From positions 480,001 through 544,000 of the forward strand of contig CAVTMK010000004.1 of assembly GCA_963735805.1 (NCBI GenBank): a stretch of DNA of 64,000 nucleotides, given 5' to 3'. A model generated the notes under the pieces. That model saw only the letters and a program-made list of their open reading frames with translations, was not told the DNA's origin and made no database searches. Of this stretch, positions 47,063-54,346 are shown piece after piece. The position numbers were made by a program, and so were the translations under genes. Position 1 is the stretch's first letter; every line of letters begins with the position of its first letter. Origin of the DNA: an uncultured Verrucomicrobiae bacterium (GTDB taxonomy: Bacteria > Verrucomicrobiota > Verrucomicrobiia > Chthoniobacterales > UBA10450).

Positions 47063-48088
47063 ATGCCTGTGATTGAGACTACAGACCTGACCAAGGTGTA
47101 CCGCACGTATCGGAAAGAGAGGGGACTTTGGGGATCAATCAAAGGACTGGGCAGGCGGCGTTATGATGAAACGCGCGCCGCCGACCACGTCTCATTTAAT
47201 ATCGAGGAAGGCGAGTTCGTTGGCTTTCTAGGCCCGAATGGGGCGGGCAAGACTACGGTGCTCAAAATGCTTTCCGGCCTCTTGAATCCGACTTCGGGCG
47301 AAGCACGCGTGCTCGGCTTCGTTCCGTGGGAGAGGCGCAACGAAATGAAACGGCAATTCAGTCTCTTAATGGGACAGAAAAATGCGCTGTGGTGGGATTT
47401 GCCTGCACAAGAATCCCTCGAGCTTAACCGTGCCATTTATGGAATCGACCGTGCACGGTTCCAAAAAGTCGTGGACGGATTATCGGAGCTCTTGGAAGTG
47501 GGAGACAAAATGAATGTGATGGTCCGTGAGCTCTCGTTAGGCGAACGGATGAAGATGGAATTGATTTCCGCGCTTATTCACGAACCGCGCGTACTCTTTC
47601 TCGACGAACCAACAATCGGCCTGGACGTGGTCAGTCAAAAACGCGTCCGCGAGTTTCTTCGTATTTACAATCAGGAACATCATATCGTCACGTTGCTGAC
47701 CAGTCACTATATGCAGGATATCGAGGAGCTGTGTCATCGGGTTCTCGTGATCGATCATGGCAAAATCTTTTTCGACGGGCCGCTGGATGAGATTGTCGAT
47801 CGCTTTTCAGGGTATAAAATTTTGAGTCTAACTTTCGAAAAAGAGGCGACGCGTGATCTTTCGGCTTTCGGTGAAATAACGGAACAAACGCCTGTATCTG
47901 TGCAATTGAAGGTTCCACGCGCAAAGGTCACCGAGACCTGCCGCGAACTGCTGGAAGCCTGCGACGTGAGCGATATTAACGTCCAGGAAGTGCCGGTGGA
48001 AGAGGTAATCCGTCAGCTTTTCGGCGAACAACGCGAGAATCGTCGGATCGCCGATCTGGCGTCGGCACAAACTGCACCAGCCGGATAG
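47063..48088 (+). CDS. ABC ATP-binding protein (ABC-2/DrrA-like)
   Basis: GPNGAGKTT, 'GQK..LWWDLP', LSLGERMK, LFLDEPTIGLD. Confidence 0.92.
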   Translation: MPVIETTDLTKVYRTYRKERGLWGSIKGLGRRRYDETRAADHVSFNIEEGEFVGFLGPNGAGKTTVLKMLSGLLNPTSGEARVLGFVPWERRNEMKRQFSLLMGQKNALWWDLPAQESLELNRAIYGIDRARFQKVVDGLSELLEVGDKMNVMVRELSLGERMKMELISALIHEPRVLFLDEPTIGLDVVSQKRVREFLRIYNQEHHIVTLLTSHYMQDIEELCHRVLVIDHGKIFFDGPLDEIVDRFSGYKILSLTFEKEATRDLSAFGEITEQTPVSVQLKVPRAKVTETCRELLEACDVSDINVQEVPVEEVIRQLFGEQRENRRIADLASAQTAPAG

Positions 48089-48102
48089 GCGGCTGGCAGC
48101 GC

Positions 48103-48190
48103 ATCATTCTGACCGAAGCGGACAATCTCGGATCGTTATCTCCCCGGCGATGTATGCAACAATCGAGGTTCGTGTTGCTCAGAATGACAG
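48103..48190. repeat. TGTCATYCYGAGCG-type palindromic element, copy C
   Basis: atcattctgaccgaagcg ... cgtgttgctcagaatgacag. The right arm overlaps the stop of the SDR gene. Confidence 0.6.
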
Positions 48191-49051
48191 GTTAGGGAAT
48201 GGACCTCCCAAAGTTGGCAACACACTCCTTTCCATCCCCTCCGCAAAGGTGGGATACTTTGGAATCCAGCCGAGGCCCCTCACTTTCGCATTGCTGACAC
48301 GCTTGTTGCTGTCGCCCCGTTTACGCTGGTTCGTCAATTTTCCAATCGGCGGAGGCTGACGATTCAGTCTCTGCGCCAACCAACGGTAGCAGTCGCTCTG
48401 CCGCGTCGGTTGATCGTCAACTACGTTATTAATTTGAGTTCCCCGCGCTTGTCGAGTCAGCAAAAGGAAAATTGCGGATGCAATATCATCCCGGTGCACT
48501 TGATTGACGAAACGATCATTTTCCGGGTCAACGATCGCCGTGCCGGCGAGAAATTTGCTTAGCAACGCCGACCTACCTGGGCCGTAGATTCCCGCGAGTC
48601 TCGCGACCATCCCTCCCCGCGCGAGGACGATTTTTTCCGTTTGAACCAGGAGTTGACTGGTCTCTCGAACAGGCTCAGTCGCGCTTTCCTCGGTCACCCA
48701 GGAGCCGTCGCGCTGCGCATAAACGCTCGTGCTACCGGTGAAGAGCATCTTGTTTCCAACGAATCGATCGAGCAGATTCCGCGCGCCATCCAAATAGATT
48801 TGCCGGTAAGACTCGACTCCGCCACCTCGCGAACTGGCGCAGTGAATGACAGCATCGAATGTTCCCGGGCGGTCTGCGACCTGATTGCGGTTTGAAATGT
48901 CGACTTGCCGGACCGGATACGATTTGGCGGATAGCGCTGTTGCTGATTTCTCGGAAGCAGTCCAGCCTTCCACGTCCCAGCCTGCAGAATGGAACAAATC
49001 AGCGGTCGCTTGCCCGACATAACCGCAGCCGGCGATCAAGATTCGGGGCAT
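48179..49051 (-). CDS. Atypical SDR / NAD-dependent epimerase (YeeZ-like)
   Basis: ILIAGCGYVG, STSVY, RLAGIYGPGR, VHRDDIA, KRVSN. Confidence 0.88.
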   Translation of the reverse strand: MPRILIAGCGYVGQATADLFHSAGWDVEGWTASEKSATALSAKSYPVRQVDISNRNQVADRPGTFDAVIHCASSRGGGVESYRQIYLDGARNLLDRFVGNKMLFTGSTSVYAQRDGSWVTEESATEPVRETSQLLVQTEKIVLARGGMVARLAGIYGPGRSALLSKFLAGTAIVDPENDRFVNQVHRDDIASAIFLLLTRQARGTQINNVVDDQPTRQSDCYRWLAQRLNRQPPPIGKLTNQRKRGDSNKRVSNAKVRGLGWIPKYPTFAEGMERSVLPTLGGPFPNLSF

Positions 49052-49066
49052 ATTGTTCGCGGCGTT

Positions 49067-49786
49067 TCACGCCGCGGCCGCGATTTCAATTTCCTCAAAC
49101 ATGTTTTTCTGGAGGGCGCGGACTTGCCTTAGACGAATGAGCTCCAGAAGTGCGAGAAAAGTTACCACGATTTCTACGCGCGATGCGGCACCCCCAAACA
49201 AATCGGAAAAACGCAACCGCGCTCCGTTTGCGACTCGTTGCAAAATAGTATCAATCTTCTCCGAGACACTGAAACGTTCGGCGAAAATTTCCTGCACGTC
49301 CTGTCGCGCTTCGATCCGCTTGATCACCGTCTGGAATGCGTTAATCAACTGAAAAATTCCAACCTCTTCCAGGCGCAGCGGTTCTTGCAATACCGACGAC
49401 GTGCCTTCTCGCGCGAAAATCCGTTCTTGTTCCAACTCGCGGACATGGAGCTGCGTTGCGGCTTCCTTGAATTTTTTGTACTCAATCAGCTGTCGGATTA
49501 AATCCCAGCGGGGATCGTCTTCCTCGGCGTCTTCTTCGGGCGGCTGTTGATCAATCGGCAGCAGACTGCGGCTTTTCAGGTAAATAAGGTTCGCCGCCAT
49601 GACGATAAATTCGCCGGCAAGTTCAATATTCAACTCCTTGAACGCCTGCAGATATTCGAGGTACTGGCGAGTGATGCGTTCGAGCGAAATGTCGTAAATG
49701 TCGATCTCATCCTGTTTGATCAGGTAAAGCAGTAGGTCGAGCGGTCCTTCGAAAACCTCCAACTTGACCTTGTAATCGGCATCCAT
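49067..49786 (-). CDS. scpA: Segregation/condensation protein A
   Basis: FEGPLDLLLYLI, EFIVMAA.L...KSRSLLP, TFLALLEL. Confidence 0.95.
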   Translation of the reverse strand: MDADYKVKLEVFEGPLDLLLYLIKQDEIDIYDISLERITRQYLEYLQAFKELNIELAGEFIVMAANLIYLKSRSLLPIDQQPPEEDAEEDDPRWDLIRQLIEYKKFKEAATQLHVRELEQERIFAREGTSSVLQEPLRLEEVGIFQLINAFQTVIKRIEARQDVQEIFAERFSVSEKIDTILQRVANGARLRFSDLFGGAASRVEIVVTFLALLELIRLRQVRALQKNMFEEIEIAAAA

Positions 49787-49804
49787 GTGTACTCGGCAAT
49801 GAGG

Positions 49805-49897
49805 CGTCGAAACGTTAAAGCCTTGACCCGTTGCAGGGCCATGAAGGTTCGGTGGAGTGTCTCCGGTGTAACGATTTAACGCTGTAACGAATCACGT
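49805..49897. repeat. Head-to-head octamer tandem arrays
   Basis: cgtcgaaa-cgttaaag-ccttgacc-cgttgcag ... tgtaacga-tttaacgc-tgtaacga. Confidence 0.55.
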
Positions 49898-49905
49898 GGA
49901 CTTGC

Positions 49906-51018
49906 CTACGCGGGGATTTTCCGGTGTATCCAAACGCTGTTCACCAGGCCGAGGCCAAACATGATCATTAGCACGAATGAGCCGCTGTAACTAATTAATG
50001 GCAAGGGCACCCCCGTAATGGGAAGCATAGCGATCGTCATTCCCATGTTTTGGAAGATATGTGTGAAGATGAGGGCCGTAATTCCGATAACCAGAAGAAG
50101 ACCCAATTGATCGCCTGCGAAAAAAGCGACAAAAAGACACGTCATTAGAAGCAAAGCGAAACCTCCGATAAGAAACATTCCTCCAATAAATCCCCACTGC
50201 TCGCCGATTGCGGAGAAAATGTAGTCGTTGTGAACGGCAGTTGCGGGAAGGAACCCGAGTTCGATCTGGGTGTTTGGCGCCTTGAACCCCTTGCCTGACC
50301 AACCACCGGATCCAATAGCGATAAGGGATTGGTTGATCGCCCATGCGGAGCCCTGTTTGTCGATATCGGGATGCGTAAACGCGGTGATCCGCTGTTGTTG
50401 ATACGGTTTTAAACCGAAATTGATAGCGATAGGGATAAAAGCGACCCCGACGAGAATTAGGCAAATCAAATAGCGCAGTGGAAGACCACCGACGAACAGC
50501 AGGGCCAGGAGTACGGGCACCCAGATGATAACTTCGCCTAGGTCGGGTTGCATCAGAATCAACAAACATGGCGCCGCGGCGATCGCCCCGCACAAGAGCA
50601 ATCGGAGCATGGGATGCATTTCGCGAAATTGAGTGAGAAACAGGGCCAAGACCATTATCCCGGCGACAACCGCAAGCTGCGCGGGCTGAAAATTAATGGG
50701 ACCCAAATGCAACCAACTGCGCGCCCCGTAGACTTTTGTGCCCATAAACTTCGTCAGGATCAGAAACACGATGCCAGCCAGATACATCGGCAAGGCACCC
50801 CAGCGAATCCAGCGGTAGTGAATCAAACTCGTCAGCATAAAAGCGAAGACACCGACGACTACCCAGTTTGCCTGCTTTCGCCAGAAATCCACTGCGTTAG
50901 AGTCCGCGCGCGTGGAGGTAGCGCTGTAAATTGCTATCACACCAAAAACGGCGAGCGCGAGCGTGGTCAACAGCAGAAGCCAGTTTTGGCCGAGCAATTT
51001 TCGAAGGAACGGCGTCAT
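49906..51018 (-). CDS. rodA: SEDS protein RodA
   Basis: GARSWL, QPDLG, 'YQQQRI', 'QSLIAIGSGG', 'HNDYIFSAIGEQWGF', 'PITGVPLPLISY'. Confidence 0.9.
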   Translation of the reverse strand: MTPFLRKLLGQNWLLLLTTLALAVFGVIAIYSATSTRADSNAVDFWRKQANWVVVGVFAFMLTSLIHYRWIRWGALPMYLAGIVFLILTKFMGTKVYGARSWLHLGPINFQPAQLAVVAGIMVLALFLTQFREMHPMLRLLLCGAIAAAPCLLILMQPDLGEVIIWVPVLLALLFVGGLPLRYLICLILVGVAFIPIAINFGLKPYQQQRITAFTHPDIDKQGSAWAINQSLIAIGSGGWSGKGFKAPNTQIELGFLPATAVHNDYIFSAIGEQWGFIGGMFLIGGFALLLMTCLFVAFFAGDQLGLLLVIGITALIFTHIFQNMGMTIAMLPITGVPLPLISYSGSFVLMIMFGLGLVNSVWIHRKIPA

Positions 51019-51281
51019 TCTATTGGAAGTCGATTACATGTCTCGCGCACCGCAGGGAAATGGAAATAATTACACATGCATTGCGATCTTCGCAAAAATG
51101 TGGCGCAGCTTTTTTTCGGCCTGCATCGGTCCTAACCACCACCCGAGACAGTTTCTCAAGACTCGATTAAGCGCCGCGGCAACGCCGTTTAAATGGCGTG
51201 AAGGCGAGCACTATTTTGTGTCAAAAGCCAGCCTGGCAGGGGATTATACCATTGAGTTTTTCGGTCCGTGATGATGGATTA

Positions 51282-51306
51282 TAATCGATTGATATTCAAC
51301 TGGTTG
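51282..51306. promoter_or_regulatory. Back-to-back IHF-like sites in the divergent intergenic region
   Basis: Minus strand TATCAATCGATTA matches WATCAANNNNTTR exactly; plus strand ATTCAACTGGTTG has one mismatch. Confidence 0.35.
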
Positions 51307-51405
51307 TAAATTTTCATGTGAAATCTTGGGCACTTCACTTGTCTCTAGATTTGAAGCCCACTAAACTACTTTAGAGGTTGTCGGTTTTTTTGAGGGAAGA
51401 CGCAA

Positions 51406-51876
51406 ATGGCTAGGAACAAAAAGACGAAGAAAGAGACGAAACGAAAGGTCGCGCATCCGAAGCTGCCAATGCAACGGCAGTTGAATCTGCTTCACGAGGG
51501 GGCGCATTTCGACCTGCGGCCAATGTTCAACGACCTGAACAAACGGTATTTTCGCGGACGTCTCCGTGGTTACAAAGTAACATGGGGTCGGCGGCGAAGG
51601 CATCGCCCAAAGGAATATTTCATTTTTGGCACTATTCAGGAACAGGATCGTGTGATTCGAATTAATCGGGCGCTCGATCAGCCGTTTGTGCCTACCTGGT
51701 TTTTGCGGTACGTGCTTTATCACGAGATGCTGCACTCGGTAGTGCCCGACGAGAGGCTCTCCCCGGGGCGACGACGGGTTCACACGGACGAATTTAACCG
51801 TCGCGAGCGCCGATTTCCGGGTTATCGACGCGCCCGGCGTTGGGAAGAAGAAAATCTATCGCGTTTCTTGCGCTAG
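51406..51876 (+). CDS. SprT/YgjP-like zinc metalloprotease domain protein
   Basis: 'FNDLNKRYF', 'IRINRALD', YVLYHEMLH (HExxH), 'HTDEF'. Confidence 0.8.
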   Translation: MARNKKTKKETKRKVAHPKLPMQRQLNLLHEGAHFDLRPMFNDLNKRYFRGRLRGYKVTWGRRRRHRPKEYFIFGTIQEQDRVIRINRALDQPFVPTWFLRYVLYHEMLHSVVPDERLSPGRRRVHTDEFNRRERRFPGYRRARRWEEENLSRFLR

Positions 51877-51885
51877 GATTGCTTT

Positions 51886-52035
51886 TCAGCGCGTTTCCGT
51901 AATCGGCACCGGAGACGGCCGATCAGACGGCGAGGGCGTCGTCGCTACGTTCTTTTTGATCAGGTACCAGAGCGTTGTCGCGAGTAGGAGAGAGATCAAC
52001 TTCGCGCGCCAGTTTTTCAGTATCAGCCTCTTCAT
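51886..52035 (-). CDS. Mini CdaR/YbbR-like peptide (TM segment only)
   Basis: MKRLILKNWRAKLISLLLATTLWYLI matches the N-terminal anchor pattern of CdaR and lies directly after cdaA. Confidence 0.6.
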   Translation of the reverse strand: MKRLILKNWRAKLISLLLATTLWYLIKKNVATTPSPSDRPSPVPITETR

Positions 52036-52798
52036 ATTTGCTATGCAACAAAATCTCCGCAATGCGTTGGCGAAAGGTCTCCGGAGTGAAATTGCGCTCA
52101 ATTCGGCGCCGATGACAAATGGAAATACTACCGGTCTCTTCGGACACGACTACGGCCACGGCGTCAGATTCCTCAGTAATTCCGAGCCCGGCGCGGTGAC
52201 GCAGTCCCAGGCTTCGGTCGAGCGTCTCACGCTGGCTTACCGGAAAAATACATGCCGCGGCTGCGATTCGCCCGTTGCGAATGATTACGCCGCCGTCGTG
52301 CAGCGCGGCCTTTGGGTGAAAGATGGTGAGAATGAGCTCGACGGAAAAATCTCCGTCGATTGTCACACCCGTTTCCTCATAAACCCGAATCGACGTGTCG
52401 CGTTCGATTGCAATGAGTGCCCCGAACTGCTTATTTGCCAGTTGCATGACGGCTTCGGCCAGATCATGAACAGTTTCGCGTTTCTCGCTCGTCAGCGAGA
52501 AAATTGGATGTCCACCAAGAGCGGCTAATCCACGTCTTAGCTCCGGCTGAAAAATCACCACCAGCGCGACCGCCAGGAAAACCGAAAAGCTTCGTACGAT
52601 CCAGCCGATCACGACCAGATTGAGCAGGGTCGAAATCAGGGTCAGCGTCAAAAAGACAATCGCCAGTCCGGTAAGCACTTTCGCGCCGCGCGTTCCCCGG
52701 AAATAAAGGTAGCCGTAATAAATCGCTACAGTTAGCAGAAGGATTTCAATCAGACTGCGCCATCCTCGAAACCAGAGATCGATCACCTGATGCATCAT
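51923..52798 (-). CDS. cdaA: Diadenylate cyclase CdaA/DacA
   Basis: Three TM helices, VIFQPELRR, GALI, LHDGG, GLRHRA, VSEETG. Confidence 0.93.
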   Translation of the reverse strand: MMHQVIDLWFRGWRSLIEILLLTVAIYYGYLYFRGTRGAKVLTGLAIVFLTLTLISTLLNLVVIGWIVRSFSVFLAVALVVIFQPELRRGLAALGGHPIFSLTSEKRETVHDLAEAVMQLANKQFGALIAIERDTSIRVYEETGVTIDGDFSVELILTIFHPKAALHDGGVIIRNGRIAAAACIFPVSQRETLDRSLGLRHRAGLGITEESDAVAVVVSEETGSISICHRRRIERNFTPETFRQRIAEILLHSKYEEADTEKLAREVDLSPTRDNALVPDQKERSDDALAV

Positions 52799-53649
52799 TT
52801 TGTTCTCTGAAGAATCGCTTCCGTTATTTTTAAGGCATTCACGTTTTCTTTGACATCATGAACACGGAACACGTCCGCGCCGCGCATGCGCAGCAGCGAA
52901 GTCAACGCCACCGCGGGTGCCAGCCGGTCGCTGACCTGTGCCGAGTCGATCAGTTTGCCCAGGAAAGATTTTCGAGAAACGCCAATCACAATTGGTCGAT
53001 CACACGCGCGGAGCCGCTCAAGCTGCGCCAGCAACTCGAGGTTGTGCTCAAGCGTTTTCCCGAAACCAATGCCCGGATCAAACGCAATCGCCATGGGGTC
53101 AATACTATAAACTATGGCGCGCGCATATTGTTGTCGAAAAAAATCAGCTACCTCCAAAATAACGTTCGTGTATTGCGGCGCAATCTGCATCGTCTGAGGA
53201 GTTCCCTGCATATGCATGACGATGAAAGCCGATTTGGTTTCGGCAATCAGCGGCATCATTTCCTCGTCGCCTCGCCCGCCAGTCACATCGTTCACAATCG
53301 AAGCTCCCGAGCGAACCGCCGCGCGCGCAACCTCCGCTTTCGACGTATCAATTGAAATAATGACTTCACTTTTTCGGCGCAATTGTTCGATCACCGGAAT
53401 CACACGGCGCAATTCCTCTTCGGCGGTGACAGCTTCGGCTCGCGGTCGCGTGGATTCGCCGCCGACATCGACGATTTCCGCACCCTCCCTAGCCATTTCC
53501 AGACCGTGTTCCACGGCATTTTCCAAGTCGAAAAATTCTCCACCGTCGGAAAATGAATCCGGAGTGACGTTTAACACACCTATGATCAGCCCTTGTCGGG
53601 AGAGATCGAAAACCCGTTCGCCGATTTTCCAAAGTCTCCCACGCATCAT
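52795..53649 (-). CDS. folP: Dihydropteroate synthase
   Basis: GVLNVTPDSFSDGG, DVGGESTRP, SIDT, DPGIGFGK, SRKS, RVHDV. Confidence 0.96.
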   Translation of the reverse strand: MMRGRLWKIGERVFDLSRQGLIIGVLNVTPDSFSDGGEFFDLENAVEHGLEMAREGAEIVDVGGESTRPRAEAVTAEEELRRVIPVIEQLRRKSEVIISIDTSKAEVARAAVRSGASIVNDVTGGRGDEEMMPLIAETKSAFIVMHMQGTPQTMQIAPQYTNVILEVADFFRQQYARAIVYSIDPMAIAFDPGIGFGKTLEHNLELLAQLERLRACDRPIVIGVSRKSFLGKLIDSAQVSDRLAPAVALTSLLRMRGADVFRVHDVKENVNALKITEAILQRTK

Positions 53650-53686
53650 GGATGAGACTATCATCGAACGTGGATTATTCGAACCC

Positions 53687-53762
53687 TGTGGGCTGCCTCG
53701 CTGTGTCGAGGCGCTTCCGCCGGTTGCTGCACCGGGCACGGCGACACAGCGCCGTGGCTAGA
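53687..53762. repeat. GTAG-family REP doublet (degenerate ends)
   Basis: Two hairpins, gcctcg-ctgtgt-cgaggc and acggcg-acacag-cgccgt, with complementary loops; ends tgtgggc / ggctaga. Confidence 0.6.
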
Positions 53763-53763
53763 C

Positions 53764-54282
53764 TTATTTTTTCCTTGAGTAACGCCCCATCAGCTCGCCC
53801 TGCGCAATCACATGGCCTTTCATCGCTGCATCCAGCTGATTCCGCTTCGCACCGGACGGCAAATCCAGGTCGCGATCAAGCGCGAAAATCTTGAAGTAAT
53901 AACGGTGAATCCCGGAAGGTGGACACGGCCCGCCATAACCGGATTTGCCAAACTCATTTGTTCCGTGCACCCCTTCTGGTGTGCTTCCCTCGGCGATGGC
54001 ATTGGTGTGAGGGGAGATATTCCAAACCATCCAGTGCGTAAACAGGCCGCTCGGAGCATCAGGATCATCGACGATCAAAGCCAGACTCTTCGCGCCAGCG
54101 GGTACCTCGGCAATTTGGAGCGGAGGGCTGGTGTTAGCGCCGTCACATGTAAATTTCGACGGAATACTGGCGCCTTCCTGAAAAGCGGAACTTGTGATCT
54201 TCATCTTGGCTCCTCCCGCGGCGAATGAGACGATCGCCACGAGAGCAATTGCCACTGCGCCAGCAATAATCGCTTTTTGCAT
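53764..54282 (-). CDS. YbhB/YbcL (PEBP) family protein, exported
   Basis: 'ITSSAF', TCDG, DDPDAP, FTHW, YGGPCPP, HRY. Confidence 0.92.
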   Translation of the reverse strand: MQKAIIAGAVAIALVAIVSFAAGGAKMKITSSAFQEGASIPSKFTCDGANTSPPLQIAEVPAGAKSLALIVDDPDAPSGLFTHWMVWNISPHTNAIAEGSTPEGVHGTNEFGKSGYGGPCPPSGIHRYYFKIFALDRDLDLPSGAKRNQLDAAMKGHVIAQGELMGRYSRKK

Positions 54283-54346
54283 TATTCGACCTCGGACTGA
54301 AATCGCGTTACATCGACGATAAACCTTCCGACATTGTTTCGCTGCC

